A DNA stretch of 64,000 nucleotides from an uncultured delta proteobacterium. Its GTDB lineage: Bacteria; Myxococcota; Kuafuiibacteriia; Kuafuiibacteriales; Kuafuiibacteriaceae. This document shows positions 49,976-61,767 of this stretch, one piece after another (within the stretch, counting starts at the first letter, position 1; each line of letters starts with the position of its first letter). Below the pieces are notes generated by a model that was given only the letters and a program-made list of their open reading frames with translations, searched no databases and was not told the origin of the DNA. The translations under genes and the position numbers were made by a program. The stretch covers positions 704,001 to 768,000 of the forward strand of contig CAWDML010000009.1 in NCBI GenBank assembly GCA_963803435.1. Reading direction: 5' to 3'.

Positions 49976-51397
49976 ATGAGCGCGGGGACCGTCCTCATCG
50001 TCGAGCCCAATCCCGGGATCCTGATCGTTGCACGCAACGTCTTGGCCCGCGCAGGGTTCCAAGTCCTGGCGGCGCACGATGCCGCCGAGGGCGTCGCTCT
50101 ATCTCGGCGCATCGGCCCCGACGTCATCCTGGTCGACAGCAAGCAGGCCAACGCCCAGGTCCTCGAGGCTCTCTCGGGGGCGCGCGGGGAGGGCGTCCCG
50201 ATCATCCTCACGGTCCAAAAAGGTCGCGACGCCGTCACCCTCGAGTCCATCGACGTCCCTGCCGCCGACCCCACGGTGGACGTCGCCGAGTTCGTCGAGA
50301 AGCCGTTCGTCCCCGAGCGACTGCTCGCCTCGGTCGAGCGGGTCATGGAGCGCTGGAGCGAGCACACCGAGCCGCTCCCGACGGATCGGTCGATCCACAT
50401 CGACGACGAGCTCGGTGAGTCCTTCGAGAGCGAGAACACCGACCGCTTCCCCTTCGCCGACCTCCTCCAGCGCGACTTCGGCGAGGACGCCGACGAGACC
50501 AAGATCAACCCCGTCATCGCGCCCGTGCTCGCCGAGCGAGCGCGCCGCTTCAAGGCCTATCTCGATCAGGAAGGCGTCAAGCTCTCCGAGCACGACTTCA
50601 GCGCCTGCATGCGGGGGCTCGATCAGCTGATGGGTAACGGCCGGGACGACGATCGCCTCCCCACGGCCTTCGGCATGCTCGCCTCCCGCGGCTTCATCGA
50701 GCGCATGCCGGTCGATCAGATCCTCCAGCTGGCCGCCACCGTCGAGCCCCCAGCCTGCTGTCGCCTCGAGAATGACGGCACGACGATCGAGGTCTTCTAT
50801 CGCGGCAACGAGGTCGTCTTCGCCCGCGGCGTGAACCTCCCGGAAGGCTTCACGCTCGGCCGTCTCTTGGTGGTGCTCGGCCGAGTCGACCAGCGCATCG
50901 TCGACCGCACGCTCGAGACCAAGAACGGTACAGACAGCTTTCTCGGCCAGCGTCTGATCGCCGCCGGCGCCCTCGCGCCGGACGATCTCACCGGCGCGCT
51001 CCTCCGCCAAACCGAAGAGCTGGTCTACGAGGCCATCACCTGGAAGACCGGACGCTTCTCCGTCTTCGCTCGCACGCCGCTCCCGCGAGAGGCCGCCGAG
51101 GCCGGGATCAGCACCCATGTGCACCACCTGCTGCTGGAGGGCATGCGCCGTCTGGACGAGTGGCAGCGGATGATGGGCGAGGTCGGCGACTTTGGCACCG
51201 TCCTCTCCCGCCTCGAGCCCCTCGAGCCCGCGATCCTCGACTCGCTCCGCCCCGAGGATCGCCGCCTCCTCGAGCACGTCGATGGACGGCGCACGATCCG
51301 CGAGCTGATCTTGAGCGCTCGCCGCCCCACCTTCCACGCGTTCCGCACGCTGTACAACCTGGCAGGGCAGCGGCTGATCATCCGCGCCTCCGCGTAG
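49976..51397 (+). CDS. Response regulator receiver plus DUF4388 protein
   Basis: Receiver (ILVD, EKPF); LGRLLV..LGQRL, W.TGRF, LLLEGMRRLDEW, VDGRRTI. Confidence 0.82.
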   Translation: MSAGTVLIVEPNPGILIVARNVLARAGFQVLAAHDAAEGVALSRRIGPDVILVDSKQANAQVLEALSGARGEGVPIILTVQKGRDAVTLESIDVPAADPTVDVAEFVEKPFVPERLLASVERVMERWSEHTEPLPTDRSIHIDDELGESFESENTDRFPFADLLQRDFGEDADETKINPVIAPVLAERARRFKAYLDQEGVKLSEHDFSACMRGLDQLMGNGRDDDRLPTAFGMLASRGFIERMPVDQILQLAATVEPPACCRLENDGTTIEVFYRGNEVVFARGVNLPEGFTLGRLLVVLGRVDQRIVDRTLETKNGTDSFLGQRLIAAGALAPDDLTGALLRQTEELVYEAITWKTGRFSVFARTPLPREAAEAGISTHVHHLLLEGMRRLDEWQRMMGEVGDFGTVLSRLEPLEPAILDSLRPEDRRLLEHVDGRRTIRELILSARRPTFHAFRTLYNLAGQRLIIRASA

Positions 51398-51437
51398 CGC
51401 TCGCGGCCCGCGACAAACGCCGCGACTCTCATATATC

Positions 51438-53432
51438 GTGTCGCCCGTGCGCTCCTTCGCAGGGCTCGCCGGGCCTCGGCTCCCCCTCGCCGTCGCCGGA
51501 TTTGCCGCGCTCGCCTCCTCGACGGCGCTGGCCGTCGGAGCGCTCTGGAACGCGTTCTCCGAGGGCGCCGGCGCTCCCGAGGATGTCCTCGCCGACCACC
51601 AGGCGGCCGCCGAGCAGGCCCTCGGCGCGATCGACGAGGCCCGTGCCGAGCTCGAGTCGAGCCATGCCTCCGCCCGGAGCGCGAGAGAGCGGGCCGCCCA
51701 TCGCCGTGCCCGCGAGCTCGCGCGTGTCGCCACCGCTCGCACTGCAGAAGGCCGCCGCAAGACCGGCGCGGCCCACCTGGCGCTCCCGCCGTCCCTGCGA
51801 CCCGCGAGCGGGGAGCACCTCGGCCTGATCGATCGCGCCCACAACCGTATCCTCACGTTCGAGGGCACCGGGATCGTCGACGGCGCCACGCTCTCCACCA
51901 GCCTCCCCATGCTGGCCTCTGCAAAGGCGGGCCCCTACACGGTCGACGACGGAGGCAGCGTCTTCGCGGTCGGCGCGCCCATCGACGGCGACCTGTTCGT
52001 GATCGCGCGCGTCGACGTCGCCCGCGCCGGCCCCAGCACCGAGGCGCTCGATCGTGCCCGGCGGCTCATCGGTGACCTCGCGGCTCCCGCGATCCCGCGC
52101 TCGGGATCGACCGATCCCTCCCTCCTCCTCTTGATCGCGGCGCTGCTGGCCGCCGCCGGCGCCGGAACCTGGGCCTACCTCCGCGTGACGCGACCGATCG
52201 CCCGCGCCCTCGACGTGGGCCGGGAGTTCGTCCACGGCCGGACCGAGGTCCGCGCCGATCCCAACCTCGGTGGTCGCGAGGCCCGCGAGGTCGCCGGCGC
52301 GATCAACGCGATGATCGATCGCGCCGACCGCGCCCTGGAGAAGGGACGCGCCGCCCGCGGCGACGACCTCCAGAACGCCGTGCTCGCGATCGACCGCCTG
52401 GGAAAGGGCGATCTGCGCGACGGCATCGTCCCTCCCGGCCCGATCTTCGGACCCATCGCGCAGGCGATCGACCGCGCCCGCCGCGACCTCCTCGAGCGCG
52501 TCACCGAGATGCACCACGCCGCGATGCAGGTCGCGACGCGCGCCTCCGAGATCGCGCCGGCGGCCCGCCAGATCTCCGAGAGCTCCACCGAGCAGCTGAG
52601 CGCGCTCCGGCGCCTCTCCACGGTCTCGGAGGAGGGCGTCGAGGAGATCCGCCGCAAGGCCACCGAGCTCGAGGTCTCGGTGAACGCGCTCTCCGCCACC
52701 GCCCAGGAGCACCGCGACGCCATCCAGGAGGTCCGCGCCTCGCTCTCCGGCCTCTCGCGCCGAGTCATGGCGCTCCGCGGCACCGCCGAGGAGGCCCAGG
52801 CGCTCGGATCTCGCGCCGAGTCCGTGGATCAGGCCCTCTCGATGCTGTCGCGCCTGGCCGGACAGAGCGATGTCCCCGCGACCAAGGCCCGCGCCACGGC
52901 GCTGGTCGGCGACGCGCGCGGTGCCCTCTCCGAGATCAGCGAGAAGCTGGGATCGCTCGAGCAAGAGATGCTGCGCGCCGCCCACGGCCTCGAGATCCTG
53001 GCGCAGGCTCAGCCCGAGCCACCGGCGATGCTCGACGCCTCCGTCACCCAGCCCTTTTACGACGCCAGCTCGATCCTCGTCCGGACGATCGAGCTCACCG
53101 TCGCCTGCCTGGCGTCGCTCGAGCGCTCTGCCAAGACCGGGGCCGAGTCTGGAGAGGCGATGCAGGTCGCGGCGCGCCAGGCGGTCGACCTCGTCCCCCG
53201 CCTCGGAACGGCGCTCTCGGCGATCCGCCTCGGTACGTCCTTCGAGGAGCAGCTGCTCGAGCGACTCGAGCGCATGAAGGCCGAGGTCGAGGCCGCCCGG
53301 CGTACCGACGGCCTCACCCCCGAGGGCCAGCAGATGCTCTCCGACGTGATCGAAGCGTCCGAGACCGCCCGCGCCAAGCTCGCGCGGCTGGCCCAGGCCA
53401 CCGAGGCCGCGATCCGCGCGATGAGAGGGTGA
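51438..53432 (+). CDS. Degenerate methyl-accepting-chemotaxis-like membrane protein
   Basis: Two TM segments, HAMP (VTRPI..REVAGAINAM), second HAMP, long coiled coil (EIAPAARQISESSTEQ). Confidence 0.6.
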   Translation: MSPVRSFAGLAGPRLPLAVAGFAALASSTALAVGALWNAFSEGAGAPEDVLADHQAAAEQALGAIDEARAELESSHASARSARERAAHRRARELARVATARTAEGRRKTGAAHLALPPSLRPASGEHLGLIDRAHNRILTFEGTGIVDGATLSTSLPMLASAKAGPYTVDDGGSVFAVGAPIDGDLFVIARVDVARAGPSTEALDRARRLIGDLAAPAIPRSGSTDPSLLLLIAALLAAAGAGTWAYLRVTRPIARALDVGREFVHGRTEVRADPNLGGREAREVAGAINAMIDRADRALEKGRAARGDDLQNAVLAIDRLGKGDLRDGIVPPGPIFGPIAQAIDRARRDLLERVTEMHHAAMQVATRASEIAPAARQISESSTEQLSALRRLSTVSEEGVEEIRRKATELEVSVNALSATAQEHRDAIQEVRASLSGLSRRVMALRGTAEEAQALGSRAESVDQALSMLSRLAGQSDVPATKARATALVGDARGALSEISEKLGSLEQEMLRAAHGLEILAQAQPEPPAMLDASVTQPFYDASSILVRTIELTVACLASLERSAKTGAESGEAMQVAARQAVDLVPRLGTALSAIRLGTSFEEQLLERLERMKAEVEAARRTDGLTPEGQQMLSDVIEASETARAKLARLAQATEAAIRAMRG

Positions 53433-54394
53433 TGCGTGCCGTCCTGATCGATCCTGCCTTCCTCGGCGACGTGGTCTTCGACGGACCGTTCGCGCGCGCC
53501 TTCAAGGCGCTCCACCCGGCGGGCGAGCTCGCGCTGGTCGTGCGCCCGCCCGCCGACGCAGTGGCGAGGCGCCTGCGGGGCGTCGATCGCGTCCACGTCT
53601 TCGACAAGCGCGGCGCCGATCGCGGGATCTTCGGGCTGATCCGCGCCGCCCGCGAGCTGCGCGCGGCCCGCTACGACATCGCCTACATCCCGCATCCCTC
53701 GCCGCGGAGCACCGCGCTCGCGCATCAGGCGCGCATCCCGATCCGGATCGGTTCGACCGGCGGGCTGGTGGCGAGACGCTTCCTGACCGACCGCCGCCCG
53801 GCGCACCGGGACGACACGTTCGTCCGCGCCCGTCTCCGCCTGCTCGGCGCGCCCGACGCCGACGAGTCGCTCGACGGCTGCCTCCCGCGCCCGGAGCGCG
53901 CCCGCGCCGACAATCGGATCCGCATCGGCCTCGCGCTCGGATCGAACTGGGCCACCAAGCGCTGGGCCCCCGCCCGCGCCGCCGAGCTCGCCACCCGCCT
54001 CGATCCGGCCCGCCACCGCCTGGTGTTCCTGGGCGCCGAGTCCGAGCGTGCACTCTTCCAGGGCCTCGGTTTCGCCGCTGTCGAGGACGCGCTCGGAGGA
54101 TCGGTGGACGCCTTGATCGATCACCTCGGCGGCTGCGATCTCGTGATCGCCGGAGACACCGGCCCCCTCCACCTGGCGCGTGCCCTCGGCATCCCCGTGG
54201 TCGCGCTGTTCGGCCCCACATCGGAGGCAAAGCACGCGTTCACCGCGGGCGATCGCGTCGTCGCCCTCGAGCTCGCCTGCCGTCCCTGCAGCCCCCACGG
54301 CGACCGCGTCTGCCCCGAAGGCCACCATCGCTGTATGAAGGAGCTCGACGCCGCGCGGGTCCACGGCGCGGTGATCGAGGCGCTCGAACGCTGA
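53429..54394 (+). CDS. GT9 LPS heptosyltransferase (WaaF-like)
   Basis: FLGDVV, GSNWATKRW, DTGPLHLA, LFGPT, CRPCSPHG..CP. Confidence 0.9.
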   Translation: MMRAVLIDPAFLGDVVFDGPFARAFKALHPAGELALVVRPPADAVARRLRGVDRVHVFDKRGADRGIFGLIRAARELRAARYDIAYIPHPSPRSTALAHQARIPIRIGSTGGLVARRFLTDRRPAHRDDTFVRARLRLLGAPDADESLDGCLPRPERARADNRIRIGLALGSNWATKRWAPARAAELATRLDPARHRLVFLGAESERALFQGLGFAAVEDALGGSVDALIDHLGGCDLVIAGDTGPLHLARALGIPVVALFGPTSEAKHAFTAGDRVVALELACRPCSPHGDRVCPEGHHRCMKELDAARVHGAVIEALER

Positions 54395-55536
54395 TGCGGA
54401 ACGTCATTCTCCTCGGCCTGGTCAGCCTCTTCACCGACGCTTCGACCGAGATGATCATCCCGCTCCTCCCCGCGTTCCTCACTCAGCTGGGCGCCGGCGC
54501 CCTCGCGCTCGGTCTGATCGAGGGCCTCGCCGACGGAACCGCCAGCCTCCTGAAGGTCGTGTCGGGCCGGTGGTCGGATCGGCTCGGCCGCCGCAAGCCG
54601 CTCGTCGTCGCAGGGTACGGCCTGTCCTCGCTCGCTCGCCCCTTCATCGCCGCCGCCGTCGTCACCTGGCACGTCCTGGCGGTCCGCATCCTCGACCGCA
54701 TCGGCAAGGGCGTCCGCACGAGCCCGCGAGATGCGCTGATCGGCGCCTCGGCCCCGGAGGCGAACCGCGCGGCTGCCTTCAGCCTCCATCGCGCCATGGA
54801 CCACGCCGGCGCAGTGCTCGGACCGCTGGTCGCGTTCCTCTTCCTCACCTTCCGGTCTCAGGATCTGCGCGCGCTCTTCTGGTGGAGTGCGCTGCCCGGC
54901 GGCGCCGCCATGCTCGTCTTGATCCTCGCGGTCCGCGACCGCGAGATCGCGCCCAAGACCACGGCGACGGCCGCAACGCCCGAGGACCCGGGCGACGGCC
55001 GGCTCGTTCACCTCCTGATCCCGCTCGGTCTCTTCACGCTCGGGAACGCCAGCGACGTCTTCCTCCTCCTGGCCGCCGGTGCACACGACGCGCCGCTCAC
55101 CACGCTTCCGCTCCTCTGGATGGCGCTCCACGTGGTCAAGGTGGTGGCTTCGCTCATCTCCGGCCGGCTTGCGGATCGCTTCGGCCGGCGCCGTATGATC
55201 GCCCTCGGCTGGCTCTATTACGCCGGCATCTATGCGGCCTTCGCCTTCGCCGAGGCGCCGGGGATCATCGCGGCGATCTTCGTGGCGTACGGGCTCTACC
55301 ACGGCCTGACCGAGGGCGCGGAGCGCGCGCTCGTGACGCAGCTGGTGCCGGCGTCGCGCTGGGGGGCCGGCTTCGGTTGGTATCACCTGACGCTCGGCCT
55401 GCTCAGCCTGGCCGCCAGCGTGCTGTTCGGCGCCCTCTGGGACACGCTGGGGAGCCGCGTCGCGTTTCTCACCAGCGCGGGCCTCGCGCTCGCGGCGGTC
55501 GCCTGCCTCTTGCTCCTCACCCCACGATCTCGTTGA
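54394..55536 (+). CDS. MFS transporter
   Basis: SLFTDASTEMI, SDRLGRRK, DRIGKGVRTSPRDALI; many TM helices. Confidence 0.9.
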   Translation: MRNVILLGLVSLFTDASTEMIIPLLPAFLTQLGAGALALGLIEGLADGTASLLKVVSGRWSDRLGRRKPLVVAGYGLSSLARPFIAAAVVTWHVLAVRILDRIGKGVRTSPRDALIGASAPEANRAAAFSLHRAMDHAGAVLGPLVAFLFLTFRSQDLRALFWWSALPGGAAMLVLILAVRDREIAPKTTATAATPEDPGDGRLVHLLIPLGLFTLGNASDVFLLLAAGAHDAPLTTLPLLWMALHVVKVVASLISGRLADRFGRRRMIALGWLYYAGIYAAFAFAEAPGIIAAIFVAYGLYHGLTEGAERALVTQLVPASRWGAGFGWYHLTLGLLSLAASVLFGALWDTLGSRVAFLTSAGLALAAVACLLLLTPRSR

Positions 55537-55559
55537 CGCTGCCGCTCCCCTCGTCTCGG

Positions 55560-56669
55560 ATGGGTCCCGTGCGCGTCCTGCACCTTGTCTCGGCGCCGAC
55601 GCTGACCGGCCCGGCCGACCCGGCGCTGGGGCTCGCCCGCGCCCAGTCCGCCCTCGGCGTCGACGTCGAGATCGCCATCGATCAGCTCCGTGAAGGGAAC
55701 CTGGCCGCCAAGTGCACCGAGGCCGGGATCACGGTGGAGCCCACCCTCCGCCTCTGCACGACGCACCCCCTCAGCACCGCGTTCGGCGATCGCCGCCGCC
55801 TGCGGCAGCTCGCCGATCACTACGACGTCATCCACGCCCACACCTCGCACGATCACGCGTTGGCGGCCGCCGCCCGGGGACGCGCGCTCCTGATCCGCTC
55901 GATCCATCACCCGCGCTCCGCCCACCGCCGCGGTCTGCAGGGCTGGGTCTACCGGCGCACCGACGGGATCGTCCTCCTCACCGAACGCCACCGCTCCGAG
56001 CTGCTCGAGAGCTATCCCGCGATCCCGCTGGCCAAGACCGAAGTGATCGCGGGCGCCGTCGATCCGGACCGATTCCACCCCGAGGTCGACGGTCGCGTCC
56101 TTCGCGCCACCCGCGCGATCCCTCCCGGCGCCTTCCTCTTTGGAATCGTCGCCCGGATCAAAGCCGGCCGCGGCCACGATCTGCTCCTGCGCGCGCTCGC
56201 CGACGTCCCGGGCGTCCATCTGGCCCTGATCGGAAAAGGGGAGGGCGAGCCCGAGATCCGGGCCCAGGTCGACCTCCTCGGTCTCACCCCCCGCGTTCAT
56301 TTCTTCGGCTTTCGCGACGCCGATCTCCCGCAAGCGATCCGCAGCCTGGACGCCTCGATCCTCCTCGCCGAGGGCAACGACGCCGGCTGCCGCGCCGTCC
56401 TCGAGTCGATGGCCTGCGGTGTCCCGGTGATCGGCGCCGACCTCCCCGCGATCCACGACGCGCTCACCGGATCCGGCGGCGGCCTGCTGATCCCTCCCGG
56501 CGATCGGGGCCCGCTGATCGCGGCGATGCGCGAGCTCCTCGAAGCCTCACCCGCCCGCCGCCTCGCCATGGGCACCGGCGCGCGCGCGCGGATCCTGGAG
56601 CGCCACACCGATCGCGTCCGCGCCGAGCGAACCCTCGAGCTCTACCGCCGCCTGGGAGCCTGCGCGTGA
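55560..56669 (+). CDS. GT4 glycosyltransferase
   Basis: IHAH, AVDPDRF, LESMACGVPVI, LIPPGD. Confidence 0.87.
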   Translation: MGPVRVLHLVSAPTLTGPADPALGLARAQSALGVDVEIAIDQLREGNLAAKCTEAGITVEPTLRLCTTHPLSTAFGDRRRLRQLADHYDVIHAHTSHDHALAAAARGRALLIRSIHHPRSAHRRGLQGWVYRRTDGIVLLTERHRSELLESYPAIPLAKTEVIAGAVDPDRFHPEVDGRVLRATRAIPPGAFLFGIVARIKAGRGHDLLLRALADVPGVHLALIGKGEGEPEIRAQVDLLGLTPRVHFFGFRDADLPQAIRSLDASILLAEGNDAGCRAVLESMACGVPVIGADLPAIHDALTGSGGGLLIPPGDRGPLIAAMRELLEASPARRLAMGTGARARILERHTDRVRAERTLELYRRLGACA

Positions 56670-57727
56670 GTGCGCTGATCCGCGCCGTCCGCCGTGCGAT
56701 CCGTCCGTCGATCGCCTGGGTCCTGGCCCGGCTGCTCGCCCGCGGCCGCCGCAACCTGCGGCCCGAGCGCATCTCGCGCGCCCTGATCATCCGGATCGAC
56801 GAGCGCGTCGGGAACGTTCTCCTCACCACCCCGCTGATCGACGCCCTCGAGGAGTGGTTTCCGGACGCCGAGATCGACGTCCTGGTGGCCGCCAACAAGC
56901 GGCTCCTCCTGGACGGCATCGCGCACATCGTGCCCTACGAGAAGCGGGGCTTCTTCCGCCGGCCGTGGGCCTGGCTCCGGCTGCTCCTCGATCTTCGCCG
57001 CCGCCGCTACGACGTGGTCCTCGACGCCTCCCACTGGCACCGCTTCAGCCTCAGCTCCGCGGTTCTCTCCGCCTGGACCGGCGCGCCCCTCCGGATCGCC
57101 CACCAGCGCGGAGAGGCGGCGATGTTCGCCACCGAGACCGTGTCGCCCCCCGAGGCGAGCGAGAGCGAGATCCGCACCAAGCTGCGACTTATGGCGCCCC
57201 TCGGGATCGACGCCGCGCCCCGGCCCATGCGCACCAGCCTGGGCCTCGGGGCGGCCGCCGGCCGGATGGACCGTTGGCTGGCGGGCGAGGGCGCCGCCGG
57301 CCCGATCGTCGGCCTGGCTCCCGGCGGCCGCAAACCCGACCACCGTGTCGATCCCGCGGTCTTCGTCGCGCTCGGGCGGACGGCCGCCGAGGCCGGGGCC
57401 TCCGTGCTCGTCCTCTGGGGCCCGGGCGAGGCGCCGCTGGCCCAGGAGGTCGCCGCCGCCTGTGGGGCGCGGGTCGCCCCACCGACCGATCTCGACGAGC
57501 TGGCCGCTTTGATGCGCCGCTGCGCGGTGACCGTCACCAATGATACGGGTCCGATGCACCTGTCCGTCGCCTGCGGCGCACCGACGATCGCCCTGTTCCG
57601 AAGCGCCGATCCCGCGCGCTGGGGTCACCCGGATCCACCGCACGCCGTCATTTCGGCGCAAGGCAGAAGCCCCGAGGACGTCGTCGCCGACGCCACCGCC
57701 GCCCTGATCTCCAAGCTTCGAGGTTGA
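56666..57727 (+). CDS. GT9 glycosyltransferase
   Basis: RVGNVLLTTP, NDTGPMHLSVACGAPTIALF. Confidence 0.87.
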   Translation: MSALIRAVRRAIRPSIAWVLARLLARGRRNLRPERISRALIIRIDERVGNVLLTTPLIDALEEWFPDAEIDVLVAANKRLLLDGIAHIVPYEKRGFFRRPWAWLRLLLDLRRRRYDVVLDASHWHRFSLSSAVLSAWTGAPLRIAHQRGEAAMFATETVSPPEASESEIRTKLRLMAPLGIDAAPRPMRTSLGLGAAAGRMDRWLAGEGAAGPIVGLAPGGRKPDHRVDPAVFVALGRTAAEAGASVLVLWGPGEAPLAQEVAAACGARVAPPTDLDELAALMRRCAVTVTNDTGPMHLSVACGAPTIALFRSADPARWGHPDPPHAVISAQGRSPEDVVADATAALISKLRG

Positions 57728-57758
57728 ACTCCGGGTCCCGCCGCGAGATTCGTTGTTC

Positions 57759-58631
57759 ATGTTGCGCAGCATGACCGGATTCGGCGCCGGAGCTGCCGAG
57801 GACGAGCTGAGGATCGTCACCGTCGAGGCGCGATCCGTGAACCACCGCTATCTGGACGTCCGCGTTCACATCGCGAACGAGCTGATGCGCCTCGTCCCAC
57901 CGATCGAGGCGCTCGCGAAGAAGCTGCTCTCCCGCGGCCGGGTCGACATCGGTGTGCAGGTCGCGCCGGCCCGGGGGCGCGAGATGGAGCTCGAGGTCGA
58001 CCTCGCCCGCGCAGAGGCGTATCGCTCGGCGTACGTGCGCCTGGCCGACACGCTCGGAATGACCCCAGACGTCAGCCTCGAGACCATCGCGTCGATGCCC
58101 GGCGTTCTCCGCACGCCCGACGTCAATCGGACCCTCGATCTCGCGCAGGTGACGCCCGCACTGGAGGCGGCCCTCTCGGGTCTCTCGTCGATGCGGGCGG
58201 AGGAGGGCAGGGCGCTCGACCGTGAGCTTCGCGCGCAGCTCGCCGAGGTCAGACGAAAGCGCGCAAGGATCGAATCGTTGATCCCGGGCGCCGCCGCCGA
58301 CCGCAAGTCGAAGCTCGGCAAGCGCCTGCAGGATCTTCTCGGCGATCAGCAGCTCGATCCGATCCGCCTGGCGCAGGAGGTCGCGCTGCTCGCCGATCGC
58401 GCCGACGTCACCGAGGAGCTGCAGCGTCTCGACAGCCACGCCGCCCAGTTCGAGTCTCTCCTGGGCTCCGACGAGCCGATCGGCCGCCGGCTCGACTTCC
58501 TGCTTCAGGAGATGAACCGCGAGACGAATACGATCGGATCGAAGTCATCGAACACCGACGTCGCCTACGTCGTGGTCGACATCAAGGCGGAGCTCGAACG
58601 AATGCGCGAGCAGGCCCAGAACGTGGAGTGA
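57759..58631 (+). CDS. yicC: YicC/YloC family endoribonuclease
   Basis: MLRSMTGFG, SVNHRYLD, DVTEELQRL, GRRLDFLLQEMNRETNTIGSK, REQAQNVE. Confidence 0.95.
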   Translation: MLRSMTGFGAGAAEDELRIVTVEARSVNHRYLDVRVHIANELMRLVPPIEALAKKLLSRGRVDIGVQVAPARGREMELEVDLARAEAYRSAYVRLADTLGMTPDVSLETIASMPGVLRTPDVNRTLDLAQVTPALEAALSGLSSMRAEEGRALDRELRAQLAEVRRKRARIESLIPGAAADRKSKLGKRLQDLLGDQQLDPIRLAQEVALLADRADVTEELQRLDSHAAQFESLLGSDEPIGRRLDFLLQEMNRETNTIGSKSSNTDVAYVVVDIKAELERMREQAQNVE

Positions 58632-58639
58632 TTGAAGGA

Positions 58640-59254
58640 ATGAAGAACAGAGTCGGCATCCCGATCGTGATCTCGGCGGCGTCCGGAACCGGCAAAACGT
58701 CGCTGTGCGAGCGGCTCCTGCGGACGCTGTCCCAGACGGCGCGCAACATCTCGTACACGACGCGCGCGGCCCGCGGCGAGGAGCTCGATGGCGTCAACTA
58801 TCACTTCGTTTCAAACGAACGCTTCGATGAGATGATCGTTGCGGGCGAGTTCGTCGAGTACGCCGAGGTCTTCGGCTTCCGTTACGGCACGGGCCTGGCC
58901 TGGGTGCAGACACAGCTGGCGAGCGGGGTCGACGTGCTCCTCGACATCGATGTGCAGGGCGGCGCGCAAATCAAGAGCCGGCTCCCCGACGCCCTCCTCA
59001 TCTTCCTGCTGCCGCCATCGATGGACGAGCTGCGGCGTCGCCTGAAGAACCGGGCCACCGACGCGCCCGACGTCATCGAGCGCCGCCTCAACAAGGCCCG
59101 CGACGAGATCCGCCAGGCCGACCACTACGAGTACCTGGTCGTGAACGACGACTTCGACGCGGCTGCCGAAGAGCTGCGGGCCATCATCAAGGCCAGGCGC
59201 ATCCGGCAGAACCGCCGCACCGGGCTGATCGCGAGCCTGGTGGGGCCCGAGTGA
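58640..59254 (+). CDS. gmk: Guanylate kinase
   Basis: SAASGTGKT, SYTTRAARGEE, YGT, DIDVQG, LPPS. Confidence 0.95.
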   Translation: MKNRVGIPIVISAASGTGKTSLCERLLRTLSQTARNISYTTRAARGEELDGVNYHFVSNERFDEMIVAGEFVEYAEVFGFRYGTGLAWVQTQLASGVDVLLDIDVQGGAQIKSRLPDALLIFLLPPSMDELRRRLKNRATDAPDVIERRLNKARDEIRQADHYEYLVVNDDFDAAAEELRAIIKARRIRQNRRTGLIASLVGPE

Positions 59255-59398
59255 TCTCGCGAGGTTGGAATCTGCCGTCCCCGGGGCTCCCGACGTGTGG
59301 GGAGAGGTCGGCGGGGAAACGCGGGCAACCGCGATTCGGGCTCAAAACCACGGTTTCAAGCCCGCCGACAAAAAAAGGGGAGCCTCAAGATTTTCTCG

Positions 59399-59427
59399 TT
59401 GACGGCCTAGCCGGACGCCTCTATAAG
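59399..59427 (+). promoter_or_regulatory. rrn P1-like sigma70 promoter
   Basis: TTGACG-17 bp-TATAAG with upstream A/T tracts. Confidence 0.65.
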
Positions 59428-59498
59428 CCCACGCACGTTCGAGGCACCCAACGGGGACGCCAATCACAGCCGAACGCGGCTGAGACCAAAAAAGGACG

Positions 59499-59527
59499 TT
59501 GACAGCGCAACTCAGGCGATCGAGACT
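59499..59527 (+). promoter_or_regulatory. rrn P2-like sigma70 promoter
   Basis: TTGACA-17 bp-GAGACT preceded by an A tract. Confidence 0.55.
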
Positions 59528-59577
59528 CGCGGCCCTTTTTAGAGCGCTGCGGGCGACGAAGCGCCTGGAATGCACTC

Positions 59578-59596
59578 GGTCTCTGACAACTGAATA
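59578..59596 (+). promoter_or_regulatory. BoxA-like antitermination/processing-stem leader element
   Basis: GGTCTCTGACAACTGAATA; a similar GTTCTTTGAAAAT occurs at 61631 in the ITS. Confidence 0.55.
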
Positions 59597-59708
59597 GCAT
59601 ACGCTTGGTAGAATCATTGGTTCTCGAGTCAATTTTTCTTTGGGGTCCCGCTTCGGAATTTATTTCGGAGTGAGTAACCAATTAGTATTGAAGGATCATT
59701 TCCAATTT

Positions 59709-61273
<1,565 letters not shown>

Positions 61274-61429
61274 TCCTCCCTCGAGAAATCGAGCGGACAC
61301 CTAGGTCAGTCCAATGATTCTTGCAAACTCTGGAGCTTCGACTCGGGAGCTCTGGGGGCCGCGTATGCTGTTCGGTTTTGAGCGACCGAGAGCTGTGAGG
61401 CTCATTGAAACTGCGGACGGTGCAACACT

Positions 61430-61503
<74 letters not shown>

Positions 61504-61522
61504 CTCCGAATCAGCGGAACAC

Positions 61523-61595
61523 GGGGCTGTAGCTCAGTTGGGAGAGCGCGGGCTTTGCAAGCCTGAGGTCGTCGGTTCGAACCCGATCAGCTCCA
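61523..61595 (+). tRNA. tRNA-Ala(TGC), CCA not encoded
   Basis: GGGGCTG...TTTGCAA...GTTCGAAC...CAGCTCCA. Confidence 0.97.
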
Positions 61596-61767
61596 AACCA
61601 AAGCAGTCCCGGTTGCGAACAGTCTCGTTTGTTCTTTGAAAATCAAATATGATGGAGAGCTTATAACGAGCTCAATTTTGTCAAGCGTTAAAACTCGATC
61701 TGCCAATTGGTTTGGGAGGTCGGGCTGAGGTTCGATCATCGAGCCCTAGCCTCGACCTATTATGTGT

